A DNA stretch of 64,000 nt from assembly GCA_964016885.1 (NCBI GenBank), contig OZ024748.1, positions 11,284,001-11,348,000 of the forward strand, given 5' to 3'. The stretch comes from Eledone cirrhosa (Eukaryota). The notes beneath the pieces are model-generated. The model did not search any database. It saw nothing but the letters and a program-made list of their open reading frames with translations, and had not been told where the DNA came from. A program made the position numbers and the translations under genes. Numbering within the stretch: position 1 is the stretch's first letter; each line of letters starts with the position of its first letter. This document shows, in pieces, positions 1-13,663 of this stretch.

Positions 1-46
1 CCTATTTACTGGCACTACATTATATCAACTATTTGTCAGCTTCATC

Positions 47-300
47 ACCACTACCACAACCCACCACCACCCAGCCACCACCACCACCCAGCCACCAACC
101 ACCACTACCTACACCACCAACCACCACCACCTACACCACCAACCACCACTACCTACACCACCAACCACCACTACCTACACCACCAACCACCAACACCACC
201 ACCAACCACCACTACCACCCCCCACCAACCAACACCACCACCAGCTAACACCACCAACCAACACCACCATCAACCACCACCACCATCAACCACCACCACC
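47..300. repeat. Degenerate (CCA)n microsatellite
   Basis: Visible directly. Confidence 0.9.
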
Positions 301-1279
301 ACTGGCAAGCTGAAACAATAATAACTATTATTGTGTTCCGTTAAATAGCTACTTAGAGAGAAAATAAAAGCAGCACAACAAACTAAACTACTAGTCTATA
401 TAGTAATCACTAAACACCAAACTACTAAATTGAGCAGTTTGTCTTATCATCACAGCAGAAAATTAGTAAGCATTAGTGTTAGCCAATTAGTAGTTTGTAT
501 AAATGACCAACTTACATATACGCTAACTCTTGTCAATTGGTAATATTTATTGCTGCATTTATTTATCAATAAAAGACTTAATAATAATTGTTTCTACTTT
601 TGGCACAAGGCCAGCAATTATCCCGGTACATTACTGGTACTTTATTTTATCGACCCTGTAAGGATGAAAGGCAAAGTTAACCTCGGCGGGATTTGAACTC
701 ACAACATAAAGGGTCGTAACTCTATACTGCAAAGTATGGTGTCTGATGCTTTACCAATACTGCCAGATATAATAATAATTGTTTCTACTTTTGGCACAAG
801 GCCAGCAATTACCCCAGTGTATTACTGGTACTTTATTTTATCGACCCTATAAGGATGAAAGGCAAAGCTAACCTTGGCAGGATCTGAACTGAAAGGTCCC
901 TTGCAAACCCTATACTGTTCCTGTTTGATCTCCCAAGACTATATTCCAGTTTTTTACTATTTATACTTACTGTTGTTATCATTGTGTGGTTAGTTAGTCA
1001 TTTCTTACAATACCAGATGTTAAGAGAGAGAGAGAGAGAGTGCTGTGTATGTTAGCTACTATTAAAGATCATAAAATATTCTTACTGTTGATGGATTAAC
1101 ACTTATTGTAAACACAGCTGGTAGCAGTATTTTAGCTGTTGCTGTTGTTGTTGTTGCTGTTGGTTGTTGTCATTCTTCACAACTGTTTTCATTGTAAATA
1201 TATTTCACCAAGTTAATAATTTTTTAATGATTGAAATGAGACCAACCACTTCTTTCAGCAGCAGTAATCTCTGTCTTTT

Positions 1280-1560
1280 ATAGTTGTCTGTCTCTCTCTT
1301 GCATAATATTCTCCAGGAAGATGTTGAAAAGTACTAAAGAGAGAGAGAGGAGACATCCTGTCAAACTCCAACTGTTATCTTGAAGAAGTCTCTCTGATTT
1401 TGTTATTAAAGAGAACTGCACTGTTGGAGTTTTTGTGCATTGCTTGGATTGCTTGGGTGAGAGATTGCTGTCGAAGTTGCCACATAGTGCTGGGCCCATG
1501 GTAGCATGTGACGACAAGTGCAGAGAGATCTCCAGATATAAAGGAATGCCTGTGCCGTGA
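1280..1560 (-). mobile_element. Degenerate RTE-like RT fragment
   Basis: Frameshifted AIQAMHKNSNSAVLFN...GCLLS..LFNIFLENIMQE resembles the RT GVRQGC.LSP.LFNIFLE block. Confidence 0.7.
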
Positions 1561-1662
1561 AGCTTTTATAGTGAGCAAAGGCACTGCACAAAGCCAGTCC
1601 CACTCTCTTAACCAAGATGATATTTACCAAAAAGAACAAGTCAACATGTGTGTGTGTGTATG

Positions 1663-1698
<36 letters not shown>

Positions 1699-1817
1699 AT
1701 ATATATATACATACACACACACACACATATATATATATAATATATATATATATACACACACACACATATATATATACATATACATACACACACACACAAC
1801 CATATATATATATACAT

Positions 1818-1870
<53 letters not shown>

Positions 1871-2093
1871 CACACAAATATATATACATACACATACAAA
1901 CACAAACATACACACACACATATATATATATACACATACATACATACACACATACATACATATATATCATGTTTCAAATTTAATATGTTTTCCTGGATTA
2001 ATTCAAGAGCCAGCAGCATTTGTCTGGTTGACAAGGTGTCTGGTTAGAAATACTGTTAGACATTTGTCTGGGTGACAAGGAGGAGCTTGTTCT

Positions 2094-2132
<39 letters not shown>

Positions 2133-2502
2133 GAACATATATAGTGTGTGTGATTCAGTGAATTACTGGTGGTGGTACCAAAGAGCACTTGATGCACAAG
2201 CAGTGTATGTATTAAGAATAACGAAGTTTCATTTACATGTATTTAGATTCTCATTGTGTATCGACCTGCGTGTGTACCATCATCATCATCATCGTTTAAC
2301 GTCCATCTTCCACGCTAGCATGGGTTGTACTGTGTGTATATATATATATATATAGGTAAGTTATTCCGGGTTGAATCGGAGGTAACCACAGTAAGTAAGG
2401 TACTCAATACATAGCAGAGTATAAAAGTTTTAATATAGATGAGATTCTACAGGACTAGAACTATTTCATTCTTTAGAAATCATCAGGAATCTTTGGAAAG
2501 CC

Positions 2503-2553
2503 AGATTCCTGATGATTTCTAAAGAATGAAACAGTTCTAGTCCTGTAGAATCT
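2503..2553 (+). ncRNA. Putative type I hammerhead ribozyme (inverted copy at 2442-2492, minus strand)
   Basis: AGATTC-CTGATGA-T-TTC(TAAA)GAA-T-GAA-ACAG(ttctagtc)CTGT-A-GAATCT: stems I, II and III pair, core intact, GUA cleavage triplet. Confidence 0.7.
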
Positions 2554-2976
2554 CATCTATATTAAAACTTTATATATATATATATGCACAGGTCGATACA
2601 CAATAAAATATTAAATAAAAAAAATGAAACTTTGTTTTCTTTATATATCATCATCATCATTTAATGTCCATCTTCCATACTAGCATGGGTTAGATGGTTT
2701 TGTCCCATTTAGAGGCAAGATTGGTTGGGTGACCGTGTCTCGCTCATATAGGACTGTTTCTGCCTGGTCTTCTACGGCTGGATGCCCTTCCTAATGCCAG
2801 GATGCCCTTCCTAACGCCATATATATATATATGTTAGTTCCACATGTTTTACCTTGTAGTTGAACATCCGCAAGGTGAAACACGTGTCCTCGAAAATAGC
2901 TTAACTGTACTGGCACTAACTTCTACCAAACTCGCCCCATGGTGTGCTCTACGTCTACAGATATAACCTGCCACTA

Positions 2977-3014
<38 letters not shown>

Positions 3015-3100
3015 TGTATATATATATGCAAAAAAGTAAATGGAAAACAAAAAAAGCAAACGATACAGTACAATGAAGATATGTATTGTTTAATGCTTGA

Positions 3101-4886
3101 TCATCATCATCATCATCATCACCGTTTTACGTCCGTTCTTCCACGCTAGCATGGGTTAGACGGGTTGTCCTGTTGTGGGCAGTGTCTGGTCGGCTGACCA
3201 TGCCTTGCTCATACAGGAACTGATCTGGCTTGATTTCTACAGCTGGATGCCCTTCCTAACACCAACCTCATTTACAGTGAGTGCTGGGTGCTTTTTCGTG
3301 GCGCCTACACGTCCACTTTACAGTGTGGGCTGGGTGCTTTTTTGCCGTGGCACCTCCACGACCACCTTGCGGTGGGGGGGGGGGGGCATATTGTTTATAT
3401 GCTTCAGCATGTACCCATGGGAGGTCGGGTACCCTGTATTACTGCGTGACGCCAGAAGTCACGGTCGTGTGTCATTGACTTTGAGAGGTGTAGTTGGGTA
3501 AGGTCGGCTTTTATCACCTCATCCCAAGTCATCTTGGGTCTCCCCACTCCGCGGTTTCCATCAACTTCTAGTGCTCTGCACCTTTTTATGCAGCTGTCAT
3601 CCTTCATACGCATCACATGTCCATACCAGCGTAACCGCCTCTCCTGCACGCAGCATTTGATTCCTCTTATGCTCAGTCTCTCTCTCAATTCATTTATGCT
3701 TTGTCGTTCACGTATATTACTGTTACACATCCATCGGAGCATGCAGGCTTCGTTTCTCTCTAATCTACGTAAGTCTTCCACCTTCAGCGCCCAGGTCTCA
3801 CTACCATGCAACATCGCTGTTCGGATACACGCATCATACAGTCTGCCTTTCATTCTGAGGGAGAAGCCTTTTGCAGCTAGCAGTGGTAGTAGTTCCCTAA
3901 ACTTCTTCCATCCCGTTCTTACCCTAGTTATTGTACTTTCTGAGCACCCACCTCCGTTGCTAATTCGGTCACCTAGGTAGCAGAAGCTGTCTACTGTTTC
4001 TAAAGGGCCCTCCCAGAGATTGGTGGTACTTGTTTCCTGTGGCTGTTTGCTTGCTGTTTCAGCACAGCTGCTGCATGTGAATCCTACATTCTTAATTAAG
4101 CTTCCTGAGATCCCGCTACATCTCTTGTGTACCCATTGTTTGCATTTGGGGCAAAGAATGGAGTTCCTACCTACACCTTTCCTACATACTGAGCAAGGCC
4201 ATTTCCCTGAGGGGATCTGGGTTCTGTTTTCTCGTCTACTTATAAGGACCTTAGTCTTTGTCATGTTGACTTTGAGGCCCTTTCTCTCTAGTCCCTGCTT
4301 CCAGGTTTGGAATTTATTCTCTAGTTCTACCATAGATTCAGCTATGAGTGCGAGGTCATCAGCATACAGGAGTTCCCATGGGCATCCGGTCTTAAACTCC
4401 TCCGTTATTGCCTGCAGGACTATGATGAACAGGAGAGGGCTAAGAACAGAGCCCTGGTGGACCCCAACCTGTACGCTAAATTCCTCGCTATACTCATTGC
4501 CAATCCTAACTTTGCTGACTGCTCCCCTATACATGGCTTGTACCGCTTTCACAAGCCATTCATCTACTCCTAGTTTTCTAAGAGCCCACCAGATTACTGC
4601 ACGTGGAACTCTGTCAAAGGCTTTCTCAAGGTCGACAAATGCCAAGTAGAGTGGCTTACTTTTAGCTAGGTACTTTTCCTGTAATTGCCTCACAAGGAAG
4701 AGGGCATCAGTGGTGCCTTTCCCTGGAACAAACCCAAATTGCATCTCGTCTATATTCACCCGGTCCCTAATCAGCTGTGCTATAACTCTTTCTGTTACTT
4801 TCATGACCTGGTCCATCAACTTTATACCTCTATAGTTTCCTCTATCTAGTGCATCGCCTTTACCTTTGTAGCAGTTGACAATTGAT
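3101..4886 (-). mobile_element. RTE-clade non-LTR retrotransposon, 5'-truncated, intact RT frame (3404-~4886), (GAT)n tail
   Basis: RT motifs NYRGIKL, QFGF, FVDLEKAFD, GVHQGSVLSP, LYADD and RTE C-terminus RLRWYGHV..GRPK.TW with no stops; no endonuclease present; ends in ...cggacgtaaaacggt(gat)n. Confidence 0.95.
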
Positions 4887-4894
4887 ATAATAGG

Positions 4895-5935
4895 AAAACA
4901 ACTGTAACAGCACCATAACACCAACAGCAACACTACAACAGCACCACCACAATAGCAACTGTACCATAACACCAACACTACAACAGCACCACCACAATAG
5001 CAACTGTACCATAACACCAACACTACAACAGCACCACCACAATAGCAACTGTACCATAACACCAACAGCAACAGCAGCACCACCACAATAGCAACTGTAC
5101 CATAACACCAACAGCAACAACAGCACCACCACAATAGCAACTGTACCATAACACCAATAGCAACAACAGCACCACCACAATAGCAACAACAGCACCACCA
5201 CAATAGCAACTGTACCATAACACCAATAGCAACAACAGCACCACCACAATAGCAGCTGTACCATAACACCAATAACAACAACAGCACCACCACCACAACA
5301 ACAACAACACCACCACAATAGTAACTGTACCATAACACCAACAGCAACAACAGCACCACCACAATAGCAACTGTACCATAACACCAATAGCAACAACAAC
5401 AGCACCACCACCACAATAGCAACAACAACAGCACCACCACCACAATAGCAACAACAGCACCACCACAATAGCAACTGTACCATAACACCAATAGCAACAA
5501 CAGCACCACCACAATAGCAGCTGTACCATAACACCAATAACAACAACAACAGCACCACCACCACAACAACAACACCACCACCACAATAGCAACTGTACCA
5601 TAACACCAACAGCAACAACAGCACCACCACAATAGCAACTGTACCATAACACCAATAGCAACAACAGCACCACCACCACAATAGCAACAACAGCACCACC
5701 ACAATAGCAACTGTACCATAACACCAATAGCAACAACAGCACCACCACAATAGCAGCTGTACCATAACACCAATAACAACAACAACAACAGCACCACCAC
5801 CACAACAACACCACCACAATAGCAACTGTACCATAACACCAACAGCAACAACAGCACCACCACAATAGCAACTGTACCATAACACCAATAGCAACAACAA
5901 CAGCACCACCACCACAATAGCAACAACAGCAACAT
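4895..5935. repeat. Complex ~45-60 bp minisatellite (caccaccacaatagcaactgtaccataacaccaa...) abutting the LINE 5' truncation
   Basis: Recurrent aactgtaccataacacc core with variable CAA/CAC triplets. Confidence 0.92.
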
Positions 5936-6099
5936 CAACTCCATGTATACATGTTTTGGCAATCTTCCACTTGGCCATACAGCCAAAGATATGATTGTGA
6001 TTACATTACTTCACTGAACCAAGGTTAACTTTAACCGGTTTCACTCTTTTTATATTTATTTATTAATTTGAACTCACATTCCGTATGAAAGTAATGGCT

Positions 6100-6103
6100 C
6101 ACT

Positions 6104-6142
<39 letters not shown>

Positions 6143-6476
6143 TTGTGTGTGTTTCTGTGTGTGTTACTAGGTGTATTTAAGTGTGCATGTGTGTGAAAGA
6201 GAAACAGCAATTGTTCACTTGTGGGTGGGTGTGTGTGCGCGTGTGTTTGTGTGTGTGTGTGTTACTAGGTGTATTTAAGTGTGCATATGTGTGAAAGAGA
6301 AACAGCAATTGTTCACTTGTGTGTGTGTGTGTTTGTGTGTGTGTGTTACTAGGTGTATTTAAGTGTGCATGTGTGTGAAAGAGAAACAGCAATTGTTCAC
6401 TTGTGTGTTTGTGTGTGTGTGTTACTAGGTGTATTTAAGTGTGCATGTGTGTGAAAGAGAAACAGCAATTGTTCAC

Positions 6477-6534
<58 letters not shown>

Positions 6535-6579
6535 GTGTATTTAAGTGTGCATGTGTGTGAAAGAGAAACAGCAATTGTT

Positions 6580-6622
<43 letters not shown>

Positions 6623-6829
6623 GTGTATTTAAGTTTGCATATGTGTGAAAGAGAAACAGCAATTGTTCACTTGTGTGTGTGTTTGTGTGTGTGTGTGTGT
6701 TACTAGGTGTATTTAAGTGTGCATGTGTGTGAAAGAGAAACAGCAATTGTTCACTTGTGTGTGTGTGTGTGTGTGTGTTACTAGGTGTATTTAAGTGTGC
6801 ATGTGTGTGAAAGAGAAACACCAATTGTT

Positions 6830-6872
<43 letters not shown>

Positions 6873-6920
6873 GTGTATTTAAGTTTGCATGTGTGTGAAA
6901 GAGAAACAGCAATGGTTCAC
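6100..6920. repeat. Tandem array of a ~57-bp constant unit separated by variable (TG)n, ~9 copies
   Basis: gttactaggtgtatttaagtgtgcatgtgtgtgaaagagaaacagcaattgttcac repeated. Confidence 0.92.
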
Positions 6921-7887
6921 TTGTGTGTATGTGTGTGTGTGTGTGAATGTATATGTATGTATGTTTTGTGAATGAATGTATGTGTCTGTCCATGTGTGAG
7001 TGAATGTGCATATATGTATGTGTCTGTCCATGTGTTTATGTGTGCTATTGTGTTTGTGTGTCTGTGTGAGTGAGTGTTTGTATGTGTGTAAGTGTAAGTG
7101 TATCGATAATTCAAAGTGAATCAGTGATTCTCATAAACTCACACAAAACACATTTTGTAATTTCCTTTTTAAAATATCTCTTGTTGATTGGATGAAAAGG
7201 TAACGTGTGTGCTTTGTTGGTGTGTAGTTGTATATATGTGTGAGTGTGTAATTGTATATATACGTGTGAGTGTGTGTAAGTACAGTTGTGTATATGTGTG
7301 TGTGTATGTGTGAGTGTAATTTTAGATGTGTGTGTGAGTGCAATTGTATATGTATGTGTGTGTCAGAGTAAGAGTGCAGTTGTATATATATGTGCATGTT
7401 TGTGTGTGTGTATGTGTGTGCATGCAGAGTTGTGTAAAGTCTGTATAAAGTCTTCTTCTTTTTCCCTTCTCCCCCTCTTCCTCTCAGCCCCTCTTCCTCT
7501 TCCTCCTCCCAGCCACCTCCTTCTTTACCCACTTATTCCTTCCAGTGGGTCATGTCAGAAGGAACCGCCTTCAACTGATCCCCAAGCGAAACCAGCCAAG
7601 CTCATGGATGTTATCCAACCATCTTGCTCGGGGTTTACCCCTGGGTCCCCCTGCTTGTTGGTTTTCCCTTTAAAATCTGTCCACTGATTCATTTGTGAAA
7701 CATTCTAACCACATACTCGTAATATCGGAGCTGATATCTCTCAATTCAGAGAAGTAGCCGCTTTACCTGGAGTGACTCTCTGATCTCCGAGTTACGCACT
7801 CTATCGAGTAACGTTACTCCAAACACCCTTCAGAGGAATCCCATTTTGGCTGCTTGTATTCGACATTGTATTCTTTTGGTCATTATG

Positions 7888-9265
7888 TTGCTCCACCTTA
7901 AAATAAATCCATTCTTACCCAGGGGTACCTTATACCATCCTGCTATTATCATGTGCTCCACCTTAAAATAAATCCATTCTTACCCAGGAGTACCTTATAC
8001 CATCCTGCTATTATCATGTGCTCCACCTTAAAATAAATCCATTCTTACCCAGGGGTACCTTATACCATCCTGCTATTATCATGTGCTCCACCTTAAAATA
8101 AATCCATTCTTACCCAGGGGTACCTTATACCATCCTGCTATTATCATGTGCTCCACCCTAAAAGTAAATCCATTCTTACCCAGGGGTACCTTATACCATC
8201 CTGCTATTATCATGTGCTCCACCTTAAAATAAATCCATTCTTACCCAGGGGTACCTTATACCATCCTGCTATTATCATGTGCTCCACCTTAAAATAAATC
8301 CATTCTTACCCAGGGGTACCTTATACCATCCTGCTATTATCATGTGCTCCACCTTAAAATAAATCCATTCTTACCCAGGAGTACCTTATACCATCCTGCT
8401 ATTATCATGTGCTCCACCTTAAAATAAATCCATTCTTACCCAGGGGTACCTTATACCATCCTGCTATTATCATGTGCTCCACCTTAAAATAAATCCATTC
8501 TTACCCAGGGGTACCTTATACCATCCTGCTATTATCATGTGCTCCACCCTAAAAGTAAATCCATTCTTACCCAGGGGTACCTTATACCATCCTGCTATTA
8601 TCATGTGCTCCACCTTAAAATAAATCCATTCTTACCCAGGGGTACCTTATACCATCCTGCTATTATCATGTGCTCCACCTTAAAATAAATCCATTCTTAC
8701 CCAGGGGTACCTTATACCATCCTGCTATTATCATGTGCTCCACCTTAAAATAAATCCATTCTTACCCAGGGGTACCTTATACCATCCTGCTATTATCATG
8801 TGCTCCACCTTAAAATAAATCCATTCTTACCCAGGGGTACCTTATACCATCCTGCTATTATCATGTGCTCCACCTTAAAATAAATCCATTCTTACCCAGG
8901 GGTACCTTATACCATCCTGCTATTATCATGTGCTCCACCTTAAAATAAATCCATTCTTACCCAGGGGTACCTTATACCATCCTGCTATTATCATGTGCTC
9001 CACCTTAAAATAAATCCATTCTCACCCAGGGGTACCTTATACCATCCTGCTATTATCATGTGCTCCACCTTAAAATAAATCCATTCTTACCCAGGGGTAC
9101 CTTATACCATCCTGCTATTATCATGTGCTCCACCCTAAAAGTAAATCCATCATTACCCAGGGGTACCTTATACCATCCTGCTATTATCATGTGCTCCACC
9201 CTAAAAGTAAATCCATCATTACCCAGTGGTACCTTATGCCACCCTGCTATTATCATATGCTCAAC
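7888..9265. repeat. 65-bp minisatellite, ~21 near-identical copies
   Basis: tgctccaccttaaaataaatccattcttacccaggggtaccttataccatcctgctattatcatg; period 8671->8736. Confidence 0.96.
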
Positions 9266-10355
9266 ATCCATCATTACTGTTATGATTTGCTGTACTTGAT
9301 TTTGCTGTACTTGTAGATTAGAGTTAATTTGTAAGTATTGAAAACATTTTCCATCTCTTAAGATGGAGTTAAATAGTCTGAACAATTATAATTGTATATA
9401 ACAACCCATTTCAGATAATTAGGTATTTAATTAGAGCTAATTATCTAATTACAGTTAAAGGTAGGGTATGGTTTGGGTTAAGACACATGGGCTAGTGACG
9501 GAATGTTCATAGTACAACTACATTAAAACATTCTTAGTTCACAACATCAACAATTATCTTCAATGTTGAATGAACTTAACTCTATTGACAAACTTCACTG
9601 TGAAACTCATGGAATTTAGAATTTTGTCAAACAATTGGTTAGGAATGGTGTGACAATAACGAGATTTACTAATGTAATTGGCCAGAATTGATGGTGTATC
9701 AGAAGAATAAGGGTGTTTTCTGTGTCAAAGGTCAACAACTGGTTAGGACAGCTGGACAGGAATACATAATGTTGATGTTGACAAAACATTGACCTGTTTG
9801 TTGACTTTTTGAGTCTAGAAAGCAATAGGGAAATTTATATCACGGCAATAGGGAAATTTATATCACGGTAATTGTCCTATAGAAACTAGAGTAGTGTAAA
9901 GTAGCAGCTCTATAAGGAACCATGTGACTTATGAAAGAGTTTTAACATTAACACTTTAACATTTACATTACTCTATATTTACTATCATATTTTCATGGTA
10001 AAGGCTTTACCTCGCATAATTATCTCACATAGTACTGAATCGATGAAATTTTGATATTATTTATTTTGAGAAGAATACCTTAACATCAGTATGAGCAGCC
10101 AGCTACAGCCGGTTTGAACAGAAAGAGCTGAGAGAATTCTGGCTGGATATGGCCGGTTTAAATGCTAAAGGATTAAACACTAACACCTTGTCAAGATCTA
10201 CCATTTACTACTATATTGTACTGACTTTCTGAAAATTACCAGTCAACTAAAATGGGTTTGTTAAATGCAGCTGCATTGCATATAGTCTCTTTACTAGCGA
10301 ACAGATCATTGTGAAAATGTGCAATAAACTAAAGTAAACACTTTATTGCATTGCA

Positions 10356-10775
10356 GTCATAGTGTTGTTTTGTACTTTTCAAGAATGTCTTGCTAATGTA
10401 GTTCCATGTGGTACAGGTTGTTATGAGTTAATGTGATGCCGTCATAGTTCTGTTTTGTACTTTTCAAGAATGTCTTGCTAATGTGGTTCCATGTGGTACA
10501 GGTTGTTATGAGTTAATGTGATGCCGTCATAGTTCTGTTTTGCACTTTTCAAGAATGTCTTGCTAATGTGGTTCCATGTGGTACAGGTTGTTATGAGTTA
10601 ATGTGATGCCGTCATAGTTCTGTTTTGCACTTTTCAAGAATGTCTTGCTAATGTGGTTCCATGTGGTACAGGTTGTTATGAGTTAATGTGATGCCGTCAT
10701 AGTTCTGTTTTGCACTTTTCAAGAATGTCTTGCTAATGTGGTTCCATGTGGTACAGGATGTTAAGAGTTAATGTT
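10356..10775. repeat. 85-bp tandem repeat, ~5 copies
   Basis: gtcatag at 10441, 10526, 10611, 10696. Confidence 0.95.
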
Positions 10776-11064
10776 GACAACATAATTTAAAAATTTTTTT
10801 AAACAAATCTAAACAAGATCCCGGACCTCCTTCACTTACCAAATAAGGTCGAACTCATCAGATTGGACCAAGGAAACAATGTTTCCATTGGTCTTTTCCA
10901 ATTGCTCATGCTTTCTACTGGTCACAAGATAATTACTTACAACAAAAGATAGCAGATTGGTAGAAGGGAATGTTTTGTGGCACTAATAATGAATTGTTGT
11001 ATTCCGAGTTCAAATCCTGCCAACATTAACTTATGATACATGAGATACTAAACTTTATTCTTTG

Positions 11065-11107
<43 letters not shown>

Positions 11108-11415
11108 CCTTAAATAGACAACTGACTGGAAAATCATCATTTCAAACCCTCTACTGTGTTTGTGTGTGATTTGTGTATGGTCTACGGTTTCTGTACAGTG
11201 TGTGTGTGTGATTTGCGTATGTGTATGGTCTATGGTTTCTGTATAGTGTGTGTGTGTGTGTAATTTGTGTATGGTTTCTGTAGTGTGTGTGTGTGTGTAT
11301 ATGTCTCTGTGTGTGTTTTTTTTTGCATATATATGTCTGTGTGGATGTGTGCATGTGTTTATATATATCTATGTGGATATGTGTGTATATATATATATAC
11401 ATACATATGTGTGGA

Positions 11416-11446
<31 letters not shown>

Positions 11447-11583
11447 GTATGGATATATATATATGTGTGTGTGTGTGTGCTCTTACAGCTAGATGAAACT
11501 GTCTGCACCGGTCTACCTGGTTATAAAAATAACTGCCACACCCATTTCATGGTTAAGTAGATATTTTTAACAGGCAATCAGCC

Positions 11584-11623
<40 letters not shown>

Positions 11624-13355
11624 ACCCTCCCCACCTTCCAAGGCAAAATAAAAGCTTGTATCACCACTATGTAGATATTAAGTGTTATAGAGTAGAGGGG
11701 AGAGAGGGAGACAGTGAGAGGGGTTGTTATGTGCCATAGAGTGGAAGAGGGGGAGGGGTGTTATGTGCCATAGTGAAAGAGTGAGGGGGAGGGAAGGGGT
11801 GTTATGTGCCATAGAGTGGAAGAGTGAGAGGAAGAGGGGAGGGGTGTTATGTGCCATAGAGTGGAAGAGTGAGGGGAAGAGGGAAGGGGTGTTATGTGCC
11901 ATAGAGTGGAAGAGTGAGGGGGGGAGAGAGGGGAGGTGTTATGTGAAAGAGAGGAGGGGTGTTTTTGTGCCACAGTCTAGATGGGAGTGTGTTAGAGGGT
12001 AGGTGGATGGGTGGGTGTAAAGCCAGTGTATCAATTGTAATTCCCTATTGTATGTATTGGATTTCAGTCAAAAATATACTAAAAACACTGAAATATACTA
12101 AGATTACTAAAATATACTAAAATTACTAGGTGGTGCTATTAAGTTTGGCCTGGCCCAATGCTGGCTGAAACCTATCAAAAAATATCATAGTTGTATACTA
12201 AAAAACTGAAATTTACTAAAAAAACAACAAAAACAAACCCCACTGAAATATACTAAAATTTACTAAAAACACTAAAAACCTCTGAAATATACTAAAATAA
12301 CTAAAACGCTGAAATATACTAAAATTTACTAAAATAAAAATAAAAAACTCTGAAGTATACTAAAATATACTAAAGACACTAAAAAAATACTAAAACATCC
12401 TAAAAAAAAAAAAAAATGTATTAAAAATCACTAAAATATACTAAAAATCACTAAAATTTACTAAAAATAACTAAAATATACTAAAAAAAACCCCACTAAA
12501 AACACTTGAAAAAGCTAGAAGTCTCCTATTTCATAGATTTCTCTATAAATTTAACCAGGAAATCTTGTCAGATTGTCTCACTTTTATTTACTGATCATCA
12601 AAATAACACTCAAAAACTATTGTATTTTCTTTCATTTTTTTGTTTGGTTTTTGGTGATAGTGGAGATGGCGTTGGTGGTGTTGTTGTTGATAGTGGTGAT
12701 GGTGTTGTTAATAGTGGTAATTATGGTAGTGATGATGGTGATGGTTGTGTTGATAGTGATGGTAGTGGTGATGGAGGTGGTGGTTGTGTTGGTAGTGATT
12801 CTGGTGGTGGTGTGGTGATGATGGTGGTGGTTGTGTTATAGGTGGTGTGGTCTTAACAGTTTTTATCATATCTTGTGGTCCTTGGTAGACAAATCAGTGA
12901 ATGCATTAACCTGAAGAATGGTAAGATGGTGATGGTGGTGGGGTGGTGCTGTTTTAAGAGCTATTCTACCTACTGTGGTGGTGGTCTACCTTTGGTGGTA
13001 GGGTGGTGGGGTGGTGCAGTTTTAAGAGCTAATCTACTTTGTGATGGTGGTGATGTTTTAAGAGCTAATCTACCATCTATGGTGGGAAGGTGTTGGTGGG
13101 TGGGTGGAGGGTCTCGGACATATTTCTATCGTTGGCTTTCTGTATCTCATTTGAACTGAGTAGGGAGTTGGTTCTGGGAGGCCATGTTGCCAAATGGATG
13201 TTTCCACTGTCATTGGTTCCAAAAGAAACCTATCAGAGAGCTGCTGATAGTATGTTGTTGTCAGCTTGTTATCTTCAGCCTGTTGGTCAACAAAGCCTCT
13301 CTCTCTCTGACACAGATTCTACCAGTTTCCCACTGAAGAAAATATCTCTGTAGAC

Positions 13356-13663
13356 CAGCGGTCGCAAACTTGTGGCTCGCAGAAAAATGTGGACATTATT
13401 TGCAATTTTTGTTTTATTAATAATAAAACAAAAATAATATTCGGTTAAAATATATTTTATAACACCCTTAAAAAATGTTTCTCCTCAGTAAAGAACTAAC
13501 ATCCACGAAATAATTTTACACATAGGTATCATCTATTGACAATATGACACATGTACGTTTCAGTATTGTTTCAACCATTGACCATTAATTCGTATTAGTG
13601 GTCCATAGGATTTAAAATTATGAATTTAGTGGTCCGTGAGGTCAAAAAGGTTGCCGACCGCTG
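13356..13663. mobile_element. hAT (Charlie-like) MITE, 308 bp
   Basis: Imperfect TIRs CAGCGGTCG...CGACCGCTG; exact 8-bp TSD ctgtagac (13348-13355, 13664-13671). Confidence 0.92.

Noticed and set aside
4887-5986. N-terminal ~365 aa hydrophobic/Cys-rich extension of the 860-aa RT ORF, with three overlapping open frames
   Set aside because: It is the translation of a stop-free minisatellite abutting the 5'-truncated LINE, not a fusion protein
6100-6920. CRISPR-like repeat/spacer pattern
   Set aside because: Spacers are only (TG)n, the context is eukaryotic, and there are no cas genes
9619-9692. NFVKQLVRNGVTITRF as a possible PLC-gamma first exon
   Set aside because: Weak resemblance, in-frame stop follows, no suitable donor
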